Below, piece after piece: positions 1 through 14,125 of a DNA stretch of 64,000 nt. The notes under the pieces are model-generated. The model was not told the DNA's origin, did no database searches, and worked only from the letters and a program-made list of their open reading frames with translations. Position numbers and translations under genes: made by a program. The DNA lies in NCBI RefSeq assembly GCF_009914755.1, contig NC_060928.1; one strand, 5' to 3'. The stretch comes from the human T2T-CHM13v2.0 reference genome, Homo sapiens. Position 1 is the stretch's first letter. Every line of letters starts with the position of its first letter.

Positions 1-359
1 GACCTCAGGGAGAAATTGATAAATCTACCATTAAAATGACTATTGTTTTATATGGCAGGCAGACACATAACAGAAGATCACATTTCTGCTAGTATAACTG
101 CTCTTCATTTATATGATGAAATTCCATATACCTACATTTCACAGTGCTGCACAAAAATGATGGCGGGTTCCAGGTGCTCCCTCATTGGAGAAATCTGAGA
201 ACCATTGACCTAGATATTAAAGTGCATTATTTTCCTATTCATTCCACAAGCGGTTACTGAAAGACTATTGTGTTGTGTTGAAGGCGTAAAGTTTACACAT
301 TAAAGGAGTCAGTTGCTGTACTTAGTTTAGCTATTTAATATAAATTCGTAGTTCATAAG

Positions 360-660
360 CTTTTTTTTGTTGAGAGATGGGGTCTCCGTCTGTCACGCAG
401 GAGTACAGTGGCGTGAACACGGCTCACTGCAGCCTCCATCTCCTGGGCTCAAGCGATTCTCCCGCCTCAGCCCCCACAAGTAGCCCAAGTAGCTGGGACT
501 ACAGGCGCACCATCATACCCGGATCATTTTTGTATTTATGTTTTTAGAGATGGGGTTTTCCACACTGCCCAAGCTGGTCTCCAACTACTGAGCTCAGGCA
601 ATCCGCCCGCCTCAGCCTTCCAAAGTGCTGAGATTACAGGTGTGAGCCACCGCGCCCGGC
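360..660 (-). mobile_element. Alu (J-like)
   Basis: T-tail followed by reverse Alu ending ...caccgcgcccggc. Confidence 0.92.
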
Positions 661-728
661 TTCATAAGCCAATTTCACAAAGATTTATAGAGAAAACCAC
701 CCTGAAGTGCCCCCCCCAAATGCGCCTG

Positions 729-763
<35 letters not shown>
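729..763. repeat. (GC)n-(CA)15 microsatellite
   Basis: 35 nt of uninterrupted purine/pyrimidine alternation. Confidence 0.95.
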
Positions 764-766
<3 letters not shown>

Positions 767-1590
767 AAATCTCAGTCTCTTTCTTAAAGAAATGTGCTTG
801 CTAGAACAAGGAACAGTAATGAGTTTCCAAAATTCTGATGTCTTCGGTTATATTGTTTTTCAAAAATAAGAAAAAAATACAGTAAGTACAAATATTGGTC
901 CACAAACTCAGCTGGGCAAGGCAACTTAATTTCTATTCAGACTCCATTCTGTCAAGCGGTGGAAATAATCCGGGTCCCCGTTTCTCTCCACTGCTGTCCC
1001 ATGGATGACTAAGAAGGCGAGGAGAGGGGCGCGTGGTCCGGGTCTTCATCTGGCCGTGCTGGCACCCGCGGCCTGGCCCGCATTCGCTTCCGGTCTTCAG
1101 TCTGTGCTCCATCAAGGGTGTTCTTTCAAGGTCACACTTTCCTTTCTTCCAACCCTGAGGCTCTTCAGGCCTGGCTTGCTGTCAGCGGACTGTGGTGGCC
1201 TTGAAAAGGAAACGTTATTCTGCTGCTCCTGCGCCACATTGGAGACATTAAGAGCAGGAAAAGCTGAACGGGGCTCTCTAGGGACCTTCACTCCAGCAGG
1301 CTGCCTTCATTTTGCGGACTATGGACACAAGCAAATCCCTCAGGTACCAGGGATCTGTTCTCCGTCTCCCTCATTGCACTTGGATCAACCCTGCAAGGCT
1401 GCCTCTGCCCTGTGTGCTGAAACACCGCCCGGCCGTTTCTTCCCCTGCATCTGTGCCTCCCTGGGCTGCGCAGAATACAGGCCCCTCCTTCCCAGGGATC
1501 CACACGAGCCTCACATTCTTTGCTTTCTCTCTAACTTTCTTCCTTTCTCTCCAGGTTTGGGAAAACTTCATATAATCTTTGTAAGAGTAG

Positions 1591-1899
<309 letters not shown>

Positions 1900-2930
1900 T
1901 GTGTGCAGAAAGCTTTTTGTTTTCCCTCAAGTATTCTACGAAGTCCACTGGGCTTGAGTTTTTTCTCTTCCTTTGGAAATTCTAATGCCGAGAATAGACT
2001 CTTACTTCCTCTGCTTCCTGAATGTTTTCTTTTTCCTGTGGCAGTGACACAGAACGTCTAGCTGACTATGAGGAAAGGGTCATGAGGTAAAAGAACGCAT
2101 ATGGAAGAAAACCCTTATTCATTAAAATAGCAAAATATTGTTCTTCAGTAGTACAGATGATAAAAAATAGTCTCTGATAACATTTGTTGCCTACTGATTT
2201 TAATAATAGAAATAAAGCATGTTTTTAAAAATGATTGATAGGATATGTGAAACACAAAACACTAGTTCAAAATGTGTTTAGAAAATGGACCCAGTCAGCT
2301 CCAGGTGAGTAACGGTTTTATTCACAGAGGTTGCCCGTGGGCAAAACTGGAAGATGCCAGCCTGGAAGGTGTGTGGTTATGGTCGGAAGGCATTATTATA
2401 CAAGCATAAACATTAGCTTTGTTGTGTTGTATGATACTCAATGTGCTTGTTGGACTCTTCAACAAAGTAAAGAGAGGTGCTAAGATTGGAAGTGGGAAAA
2501 GAAAGGTTCTGAATCTGTCTGGGAAGTGCACGGGGTCCGCCTGTGTCTATCAGGGGTGTGCTACGGGGGTCCCCCAGGCCTCCCTGCCTCCAGCAACCAA
2601 GAGGCCAACCTGAATCAGTTTCCCCCGGAAGCAGAGTGCCTTCTAGGAGAAGTCCCTCTGTCTTTTCTATGATTCAAGGGCTCCTCTGCCCCCTCAAATC
2701 ACCTCCTTTAAATAATAAGGCGCCAAATCCTTCTAACAAAACTTTTTGTTTCACGAACATTCATAAAACGTAAAAAGTACAAGTTCTGGTGGAGGCAACA
2801 CACTGAAAGTCACTCTGCTGGAAGTACAACCAGAACCCCCTCTTGGGTCCTTGTCCTTGCCAGGCTGCGTTGGAATTGCCTGTAGGCACCACAGCTATGT
2901 CTGTTCCTGGCATGTAAGCTTCTCCACATA

Positions 2931-3163
2931 GCCTGGGCAACATAGCAAAACCAGGAGACCACAGCAAAACCTGCAAATTAAAAAATATATATATCCGGGC
3001 ATGATGGTATGTGCCTGTAGCCTCAGCTACTCAGGAGGCTGAAGCAGGAGGATCCCTTGTGCCTAGGAGTGCATGGTTTCAGTGATCTGTGATTGTGCCA
3101 CCGTGCTCCAGCCAGGGTGACAAAGCAAGATGCTGTCTCTAAAATAAATAAATAAATAAATAA
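2931..3163 (+). mobile_element. 5'-truncated AluJ-like with (TAAA)n tail
   Basis: gcctgggcaacatagc...cagctactcaggaggctga...tgtctct then TAAA repeats. Confidence 0.85.
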
Positions 3164-3799
3164 ATGCACATATAAATATCTTGATCCTCTTCGCTTAATG
3201 CTGAAACTTACCATGTGAACAAACACTAGTAGTGTGTTCTAATTCCTAATACTTTAAATGTACACTTGCACACAGGCATTATGTTATCACCACCATTAGC
3301 ACATCCTTTATTGTTTTTCTTTATTCCTTGTCACTCTTACTCTTTAGCAACTTCCATTCTCTATTCCCAGTTTGGTAAGAGACTAAGTCTATAAGAGCTT
3401 CCACTAAAATTCCAAAAGGCTAACTTTCCACCCTGCTCTCATTTCTACATGGCCCTGTTCCCACCAGCATCTAAGATCCCATCCACGATTGAAAGTAGAG
3501 TTTCTTCTCATCTCCTAGATGCCTTGTCCATTCTCCTGCTGGAAGAAAGCCACTAAGTACTGGGTTGGGCGGGTGGACACATGTTCTGCCGAGCGCCATT
3601 CTCTCCCCTGCCTGTGTAAGTGATACCAGGATCTTGTGACCACAGGCAGCTCATGCTCCCGAGGGCATGTAAGGCCTCTCTTTTCTGAGAAAGTCCATGG
3701 AAGCAGAGGACAGTGTATGAGTTTCCATGGAAAACCTCTTGTCAAGGATTCCAGCTATGACTCCTTCTATAGAACAGGATAACTGGAGAGTAGCCAAGG

Positions 3800-5400
3800 A
3801 GAAATATATCTCCCATTTAGAAAATATCCAAAACTCTGATTGGTAAAATTAAGTGTAACAAAGATGATACTACTTCCTGAATTCATATATTAATTAATAT
3901 TTAATTTAGTTTAAATGTCTATTTAAAATCTTCTGGTGATGTTTAAACAATTGAACAACTTGATAGTAAAAATAAATCCAGACATATAAGCAGATAAAAC
4001 TTTATTTTTTAAGTGATTGTAGAATCATATATCAGCCTATTTTTAAAAAATGAAGATCAAATAAATATGTCATAGTGTGGATATTTCATAAATTAAAGCT
4101 ATTATGAGAACTTAATATATGACAAACTAGACTTAGTAATATAAGACAAATAATGGAGAGAAGAAAATATCTACTTAAGAATTAGTATTGGGATACCCAA
4201 GCATGATATGGAGAAAAGTGAAATTAGACCCATACCTCCATACAATATAAAACGTAGTGTTAGACATTTTAAAAATAGCTACTCAAAGTAGAAGAAAAAA
4301 ACTGATATATGTACTAGAGTAAATAGACTGCTATATCTATAAAAGAGATACATTTACATCAGAACATGAAATAGATCATCATCATACCATAGATCTGTTC
4401 ATAACACTAATAGAATGATATAATAAATATCAAAAGGAAAACAACAAAATGAAAAACATTCAACACATATTTATTGTCCCAAATATATAAAGAATTGTTG
4501 TTAATATAAATACTCTGCTTTCACTCCAGCAGTAGTCAAGGAAGATTAAAAGTTTATACAAAAGGGAAACCTTGTCAAACTGTCAAATTAAATTGAATCA
4601 TATGGAATATATACAGCTTCATAGTAATTAAGTAAATACAAACTAAAACTCATAAATAACTCACAAATAACCAACTCTCTATTTTTTTAAAGCCAGTGTT
4701 GGAGAAGAGTGTGAGAGAAAGCCCATCTATATAACTGGTGGGTTGGTATTTCTGAAGAGCAATTTGTCAATATGTAGCAAAAGCTACAAAACTTTAAAAA
4801 TCTTAAATCTATCCATTCCATTTGGGAAATATATGAGAAGAAAAAACTTAGAGGAGAAAATGAAGTTTGTGTAAGTTTCAATGTAGCAGTATTAGTTTTC
4901 CTTCCTTCCTTCCTTCCTTCCTTCCTTTCTTTCTTTCTTTCTTTCTTTCTTTTTTTTTTTTTGAGTCAGAGTCTTTCTCTGTTGCCCAGGCTGAAGTGCA
5001 GTGGAGTGATCTCAGATCACCATGACCTCTGCCTCTCGGGGGTCTCGTGCCTGAGCCTCCTGAGCTGCTGGGATTCCAGGCATGAGCCATCACGCCAGGC
5101 TAATTTTTGTATTTTTAGTAGAGATGGGGTTTTGCCATGTTGGCCAGGCTGGTCTCGAACTCCTGACCTAGGTAATCTGCCAGCCTCAGCCTCCCAAAGG
5201 TATGAGCCACCACACCCGGCCTATTTTTCATCATAAAAATAAGACACAATTCTAATGCACAATTAAAAGGAAAATGGAGGTATAAAAGCAAGTGCTCTAT
5301 ATTACAGGATGGGATACAGTACACTATTATAATTAAAAAGGTTTACTGTGTGGATTATGCTGATCCATGGAAATCAGTAAGTGAAGTTTTGATAAAGTGG
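3800..5400 (+). mobile_element. Old degraded L1 (L1M-type) 3' region, interrupted by a reverse Alu (4896-5221) with a (TTCC)n(TTTC)n tail
   Basis: A-rich sequence with L1-like motifs such as aaattagacccatacctc and aatctatccattccatttggga; the Alu is clear, the L1 is not. Confidence 0.55.
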
Positions 5401-6483
5401 AGCAAGTGACGAATACACTGAACTGTAAGGTCTTTGGAGATGGGCCACGTCTACTTATATTCAATCCACAGGGCTACACCTAGTTCTTGGTACACAGTAC
5501 ATGCTCAGCAAGAGTCTGTTGAATGAACACATACATGGTTTATCTGTTTGTCTCTTCCGAGTTCTTGACTTCTGTCTGCTCTGACCTCTGGCAGCTTTCC
5601 ACTAGTTTCTAGCTTTCATTCTGCTTACCTGGATTTCGGAACTCTAGCCTGCCCCACTCTTAGATAAACGCATGCCCTCTGTGGCCCTGGAACCTTAGTG
5701 ACTTCTGCTATACCAAAGTCTCCACGCCCAGGGTGACACGCAGCTGCAGCTCCGTAAACCTCTAACATGATGTCAGCAAATATTAAAAAAAAAAAGTTTA
5801 TAAAAACAATGAATAAACTTTGTTAAAGGTACAAATGAAAATTAGCAAACATGGGAAGATAATTGAGTAAAGAGTTTAAAGTTAAAAACGAATTGCAGTC
5901 ATTCTAGGGGAAGGAACAGTTGTATTTGAAAACCTGTATGGTTACATGAACTGCCTAAAAAACAAGCTAAGGAAAATTAAAGCTCAGATTTATATATTTT
6001 AAGAAATTAATTGCAATTAATTTCCTGGGATTAAATAGCATTTCCTCAACCCCAGCTGTCATTAAAAAGAGGCAAATACAGCCAAGGACTGGATCTTCTC
6101 CGGAAGGCTGACAGCACTGACCCTCAAGAAGGCACCGGCTGACAGACAGAACATTCTGCCCTAATATGTGCTGAAATTCCGCTGAGAGCAGAGTGGTACA
6201 TTGAACCCTTTAGGGGCTTACAAAAGAAGTGTCCTGTGTTTTAGAGTCACAGAGTTTTGCAGAAACAAGTATGAATTCACCTAGTGGCCCCCTGCACCAG
6301 GTCTTTCCTGTGGGCACTGAGTGCCAGACACATCAATATGTAATAGCAGAATGAATGACTGAACGAACGATTGAATGAAAAGAAATGAGAGGCAGCAGGT
6401 TGTCAGATTCTATGAGGCAATCACAGCATCAGGTGACCTTAGTATCTATTTGAGAGGACTGCCATTTATTCTCGGGAGCGCAC

Positions 6484-6496
6484 GGCTCTAAAGAGG
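6484..6496 (+). promoter_or_regulatory. OXBOX muscle element GGCTCTAAAGAGG
   Basis: Exact 13-mer matching the OXBOX element described for the human ANT1 promoter (recalled), about 470 nt upstream of the inferred TSS. Confidence 0.8.
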
Positions 6497-6862
6497 CCCA
6501 TATCCAGGCAGTGAGCTCTGGTGGGGGGCGCCTTTAGATGCAAGAAGGAGGAAACAGCTCGAAATCCCTGGGCCTGAGCGCGGCCCGTGCAGGCCGGAGG
6601 GTCAAGAACTCTCCACCGGCGGCAGCGGCCCGGTGTCTGCCCCGGCTTCGCCCCGGCCTAAGGCTGCCTGTGCTATAAATACGCGGCCCACATGCCGCGG
6701 TGACACGGTGTTCCCTGGGCTCGGCGGGACAGATAACATGAATGTGCCCTTTAAACGTCCCAAGTTGCAGGGACAGCCCCCGGCCCAGCCTCGCTCCCGG
6801 AAGCGCCTTCGCCCCCGATGCCCTCTGCAGCTGGGAGGAGGGGGCGCCCCGCACCTGCCCAG

Positions 6863-6930
6863 CCAATGCGCGGCGCGAGCGCCGGCCGCGACCCGCCTCC
6901 TCTCGCGAGAGCCCGGCGGGGATATAAGGG
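6863..6930 (+). promoter_or_regulatory. SLC25A4: SLC25A4 core promoter: CCAAT (6863-6867), TCTCGCGAGA palindrome (6901-6910), TATA-like TATAAG (6923-6928)
   Basis: Motifs read directly, with canonical spacing; implies a TSS near 6950-6960, about 100 nt upstream of the ATG. Confidence 0.85.
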
Positions 6931-7039
6931 GGAGCTGCGGGCCAGGCGGCGGCCCCCTAGCGTCGCGCAGGGTCGGGGACTGCGCGGCGGTGCCAGGCCG
7001 GGCGTGGGCGAGAGCACGAACGGGCTGCCTGCGGGCTGA

Positions 7040-7546
<507 letters not shown>

Positions 7547-7604
7547 TAATCATCACCCAAGAATTCCCTTATCGTATCTCATGCACAATGCTGTATGTAG
7601 GCTG

Positions 7605-7720
7605 ACGCCTTCATCTTTATGTAACCTCTGTGAGAGAGTTATTCTTCTCCATTTTACAGATGAAGCTGAGGTTTTGAAATATTAAGAAACAATTTTCGGA
7701 ATAAACTCAGATCATCCTGT
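7605..7720 (-). mobile_element. MIR fragment in SLC25A4 intron 1
   Basis: MIR core ccattttacagatgaagctgagg. Confidence 0.7.
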
Positions 7721-8314
7721 CTCCAAATCTTTTCCTCCCCTACCTGGTCGCTGAATGGTTTATCATCCTCTCGTGTTTTCCTCCACCTGCCCAAAAGGTC
7801 AGGGCCCCTCAATGAGGAAGAGCCCAATTTGGGAGTCAGAATTACTAACAACAAAACCCCCACAAATTGCTCACAACGGCAGCAAACCCTTAATAATTGA
7901 TTACTTGGATTATCTGCTTGAAAACTTTGGAGGCCTAATGTTTAGTGGATTTATTCTCCTTCCTCTATTAGAGCATCTAGTAGAGATCCTCATCTCCAGG
8001 GTGATCAGAGTGACACTGAGAAATTGTCATTTTTTGGCCATCATGTCTATTAAATCCAAAGCCCTTTGAAGCAGGGAGTGTTACTCATTTCTGTCCCCCA
8101 GTAAGCCCCTCATACAGTTCTCAAACCTAGGGAAAGTGAAATAAATAAATGGCTATAGCTTTATATAATTCAATCACCTTTTCAGTTTATTTGGGGCAAT
8201 ACCTTTTCCCTCAAATACCCTAATAATTGAAGCAACATTGGATTATTTTGGCTTGTTATCCAGTAACTAACATGGATAACAGTATCCATTTACACGTCCT
8301 CAGTATCCATTTGA

Positions 8315-9010
<696 letters not shown>

Positions 9011-9432
9011 TGATCTTGTTTTTTCTAGTCTCTGGGATAATTGAGGCTTCTGAATGAGGAGGTGATGTGCATAAGTTAATAGCTGAAGCGTTCCTTGTGT
9101 CCTCTACTGAAATAAACTCTGGCCTTTAGTTATTCAGAGAGGAGGAGGGGGGAGCCTGTCTCCCTCTAGACACAGCCATAGCAGTTACTGAGTTTAACTT
9201 GAAGCCACTTCCAATGCCCTGTATACAAGCTGAGCACTGCCCCTCCGGGGTCCGGAGAGGGCAGCAGCCACCTTTGCTGTCTGCCTGGTCATATGTGAAG
9301 CACCTGCACAGGGGCAGGTTCCCCGCAAGGTCAGAGCATGGAGCTGGAGGTGCAGTGGCCTCTCTCCCTCCACCTGCTTTCTGCTGAGAACAGGCACTTC
9401 ATAGCCGTTCGGCTTCTGGGCTCTGTCCACAG

Positions 9433-9573
9433 GGATGCTGCCTGACCCCAAGAACGTGCACATTTTTGTGAGCTGGATGATTGCCCAGAGTGTGACGGCA
9501 GTCGCAGGGCTGGTGTCCTACCCCTTTGACACTGTTCGTCGTAGAATGATGATGCAGTCCGGCCGGAAAGGGG
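9433..9573 (+). CDS. SLC25A4: ANT1 coding exon 3
   Basis: Acceptor tccacag|GG; encodes (G)MLPDPKN...[18 protein letters not shown] with the ANT hallmark RRRMMM; donor GGG|GTAAGC; 141 nt. Confidence 0.99.
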
Positions 9574-10390
9574 GTAAGCTTGTGCTCTACTCATCTAAAC
9601 TTGTTTGGTTTTGCCCGAGGAGAACATTTTACAGGGCTCCTTTCAGTCTTCCTTACTGGAAATTAATTTTCAAAATTATTTGATAAGGACTTAGGGAAGA
9701 AAGATGGTATTAATTCCCCCTAACGTTCTCAACTATCCTATTAGGGAAAAGTATTTTCCATTTTATTAGAGATGATAAGAACATGAATAGTAAGACATTT
9801 AGATGTGAATTTAACTAGGTATCCAGCATTATAGAGACCCTAGGCCCTCTTCCCTTAGAGCCTGGGTGCAAAAGCTAGGGAAAAGAAGTAGTTAGCTACT
9901 TCTTACAAAGAACTCTTGCTTCCCTCCTAGTTACAGGTGTTAGTGGGATGGGGTGTTTAGCTGGGTAGAGATGGCCTGAAGCAATCTGTTGTGCCAGAGA
10001 AAGTTTTGGCTTCTATAGGTTGAACCATATGAAATTGCCACTTTAAAAGTCAAAAACAGTCCAATGTTAGCAGTTTCGTATGTTTCAACGAATAGTTACA
10101 GCCTTTTATTTAGACTGCATAACCTCGTGCAGGATCATCTGAGGCTCAGCCTCAGTTCGGTCCTCCATAAAAAAAGGTAACCGCGTAGCATAATACTCCT
10201 GCTCCACTGCGCCCTTCTTGTTTCGCAGTTGGGCAGTCCATGAATTACTTGGTTAATTGCCCCAGTTCTTCACTGACCTTGAACTAATGGAGTAGGAATG
10301 ACAGGAGACCCAGCCTGCCAGTGAAGCAAGGAAGGAGATGTCCAGTGGGATGTTGCATGGAGCTGGGACTCCATGCCCAGATGACCCTGA

Positions 10391-10645
<255 letters not shown>

Positions 10646-10925
10646 TGTAATTAAAACACAAGTTCACAGATTTACAGTGAACTTGATCTACAAGTTCACA
10701 GATCCATTGTGTGGTTTAATAGACTATTCCTAGGGGAAGTAAAAAGATCTGGGATAAAACCAGACTGAAAGGAATACCTCAGAAGAGATGCTTCATTGAG
10801 TGTTCATTAAACCACACATGTATTTTGTATTTATTTTACATTTAAATTCCCACAGCAAATAGAAAATAATTTATCATACTTGTACAATTAACTGAAGAAT
10901 TGATAATAACTGAATGTGAAACATC

Positions 10926-10931
10926 AATAAA
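10926..10931 (+). terminator. SLC25A4: SLC25A4 proximal poly(A) signal AATAAA
   Basis: About 280 nt after the stop; upstream TGTA motifs and a downstream T-rich tract. Confidence 0.85.
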
Positions 10932-11370
10932 GACCACTTAATGCACGCTTTCTATTTTATTGAACTCTTATTAACTGTAAAATGCATTTTTAAAAGATCA
11001 AAAATGCATATTTTCTAGCATGATTCATGTATCAGTCAGCAGCCAAGCTTCTAAATGCCAGATATTATATTGAGAATGTATTATATGAGAACGTACAATG
11101 CTTAAAGTTCCGGTTTTCAAACTTAGGCAGGTCATATTCTATCTATCTTATCCAGCGTTACTGTAGGCTAGAAAGTGATAATGGCTTTCATAATCCTGCC
11201 TTGTCTTAGGCACTTTCCTGCAGTCTTTAGAAATTCTAAGATTCTGCTAAAAGTTTTAAATCACAATCTGGAGAATTTTCTATGATTAGGAAGTGCTCTG
11301 TTTTCATCCCTTTAGATAACTGTGACACCTAGAATTTTATGTTAAGTAGAGAGTATTCATTGAAAATCAA

Positions 11371-11675
11371 GGCCAGGTGCAGTGGCTCACACCTGTCACC
11401 CCAGCACTTTGGGAGGCAGAGGTGGGCGTATCACTTCAGGCCAGGAGTTTGAGACCAGCCTGGCCAACCGAGCGAAACCCCATCTCTAATAAAAATACAA
11501 AAAATTAGCTGGGTGTGGTGGCGCACACCTGTAATCCCAACTACTCAGGAGGCTGAGGCATCAGAATCACTTGAACCCGAGAGGCAGAGGTTGCAGTGAG
11601 CTGAGATGGCATGCCACCACATCCATCCTAAGCGACAGGGCAAGACTCTGTCTCAAAAAAAAAAAAAAGAAAGAA
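11371..11675 (+). mobile_element. Alu (S-type) downstream of the proximal SLC25A4 poly(A) signal
   Basis: Full dimer with A-tail; gaaaatca target-site duplication. Confidence 0.95.
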
Positions 11676-11682
11676 AATCAGT

Positions 11683-12037
11683 TGTCTTAGTTTAAGCCAC
11701 TATAACAAGGTACTGTAGACTGATGGCTTATAAGCAACAGAAACTTATTTCTCAGTTCTGTAGTCTGGAGGTCCAAGATCAAGGTGACACTGTGGTCAGG
11801 TTCTGATGAGGGCCCTCTTCTGGGTTATAAACTACGGACTTCTTGTATCCTTACATGGCAGAAAGAGCGACAGAGCTCTCTGTAGTCCCTTTTATAAGCT
11901 CACTAATCCCATTCATGAGGGCCCTACCCTCATGACCCAATTACCTCCCAAATGCCCCTCCTCCAAACACCACCACTTTGGGGGTTAAGATTTCAACAGA
12001 TGAATTTTGAAGGGACACAAACATTCAGTCCATAGCA
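11683..12037 (-). mobile_element. MLT1A-type solo LTR (ERVL-MaLR)
   Basis: TG...CA ends (tgtcttagttt...cattcagtccatagca); 5-bp flanks TCAGT/TCACT. Confidence 0.85.
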
Positions 12038-13993
12038 TCACTTATCAAGCTAGTATTTAATACCTCTTAGGCCCCGTGGAAGGGAAAATAGATAGGAACC
12101 TGCCCTGAAAGATGCTTCAGTTGGGGAGAAAAGGTGAAATTCCATTGTTAGACAATTTGTTTAAGACAATACATCTTGCTTGAGAAGGAATAGAAGGGAA
12201 ATGAAATGGGGGGAGGGAGTGGTAGGAGATGGAGGCTTTGAAAGAAAATAACCAGATTTAGAAACATGGGTATAGAAAGCATCCTCCAGTACTTCTGTAA
12301 CAATTTATCAAGACCTACAGGAAGTCAGTTTTGGATTTGCTCCTCCGAGATTTGCGAGCCAGAGGAAAATACTTAGACTATCAGGTTGGAAAGTTCACAC
12401 TTGGACCAGGAAAAGACCAAGCAGTTGCTATAGTCTCCTGGATTGTGACTAATCTGGAGGAAGCAAGTCCCTGTATCCTTGGCAAAGCTTGAAAGGCAGG
12501 CAAATGTCTTCTCTGTGTTTTCTGACAGGTGGTTGGGTGGTGGGGGTTGGTCTCTGTACCTCCTGTTCTTTACCTTGCTTACCAAGCCCTTCCACCGACT
12601 CACTCCTGCCTCCCCAGCTAAAAATTGGCTGTGTTGCTTTTACCACAGTTACCAAGGTCTGAGTTTTATAAAATCCAGGATCACATCTGACCTCACCTGG
12701 TAGATATCTAGGCCAATAAAGTCTAAAGGGCTAAAAAGAAGGTACCTCTCCATCCTGTCTCCTCGAGGCCAGGCAGCACATGTGCAGTTAAGAGGCCTCC
12801 TGGATCCATTGTCCTCCTGTTGCTTTTCGTTCTAAGTGATCCAAACTCTATTGCTGATAGGGAATAAAAGCAGGGCAGGCTAGTAGTGGGCAAGTGCTTT
12901 GATGGAGCGTATCTCCAAGCAGGGCCCAAGTTTAGGAGGAGGAAGACCTGACACAATGAATGAACAGTGCGTCCTCCCAACCCAACCAAGAAGTGTAATT
13001 GTGTTCCGTCTTTAACCCTGGCATGGAATGGGGAGGGAAGAGGCATGGACATTTATTACATAGTGCACATTATCTACATTCTCTGCATGTGACCCAGATG
13101 TCAGCCCTTCCGCTTCCTGCGAAGGTTACCTCTAATGCACGTTGCCCCAGGCCCTGCTGAGCTAGTTCCTCACCGCAGCTACTTAACTCACCATGAATTC
13201 CTAGAACCCTCAGCCTCTGAGAGTGCTGGGATCTGGCGGGAGAACAGGCAGTACTTCCCTCACTAACCTACCCGCACGCCATACCATCATTGTGCAAAGC
13301 TGCCTCATGCTGGAAGGTCTGGTTTACGTAAAAGTGACAAGTTGGAATTGAGCGTCCGACTCTCGGGTACCTGCCCCAGGCATTTCTCATCAGCCCCATT
13401 TCCCACACAGCTCTCTCCTAGGCGCAGCCCTCCTTCACCACCACCACCCCCACCCCAATCACCTTTAGGTATTTTCTCCCCTAAAGCCTCACCTGTTGGC
13501 ATTTTACATCTTTTTAAGACCTTATTTTGTATTTTAAATGTATGAGAAAAATTATGGAGGATGATGCAAGATGAGTGAGTCCATAATAGTAATAATTGGA
13601 CACTAAAAACAATGAAAACTTGTCTCAAGTATTTGTGTTGAAATCTCAATTAACTGGGCGACTGCTCCCGTTCCATTTTATTCTGTAAAATATGTGGCAT
13701 CCTTTGTGTTGAGGCGGCATTTACTAAACACCCCCAAGGTGCAAGGCTGCAAGAGAATAGAGCGCCGCAAGGCGAGCTTATCTTCCACACCTGGTACAGT
13801 GCCCAGGACAGAGAAGGTGTTTAGCAAGTTTCTGCTGAATGGAAGAGTGAGCGAGAAGGGAAAGTGCATCTAAAAAGCACAGGGAACCTACAAAATATTT
13901 GGGAAAGGGTTTCATCAGTTCGGGTGAAATCTTGAACGTGCAAAGCACCATGGGGGTGGCTGGACAGGCTTGTTGGAGTCGTATAATGCAATG

Positions 13994-14125
13994 AATAAAA
14001 ACTTACGGCTGCCTTAAATGCAAATGTCAAGCCCTTAAATAAAATTTAACAAAGTCTACCGTGTCACAAATTCTTTGCTTTTCTGCTCCTCCTCAATATC
14101 AGAGATTTTATCAATCCACAATAAA
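13994..14125 (+). terminator. SLC25A4: Candidate distal poly(A) signal cluster for a long SLC25A4 3'UTR
   Basis: AATAAA at 13994-13999, 14038-14043 and 14120-14125, with T-rich sequence near 14070-14085; fits a recalled ~4.4-kb long isoform. Confidence 0.55.

Noticed and set aside
721-735. NRF1-like GCGC motif
   Set aside because: Spacing does not fit YGCGCAYGCGCR; explained as the GC start of the CA microsatellite
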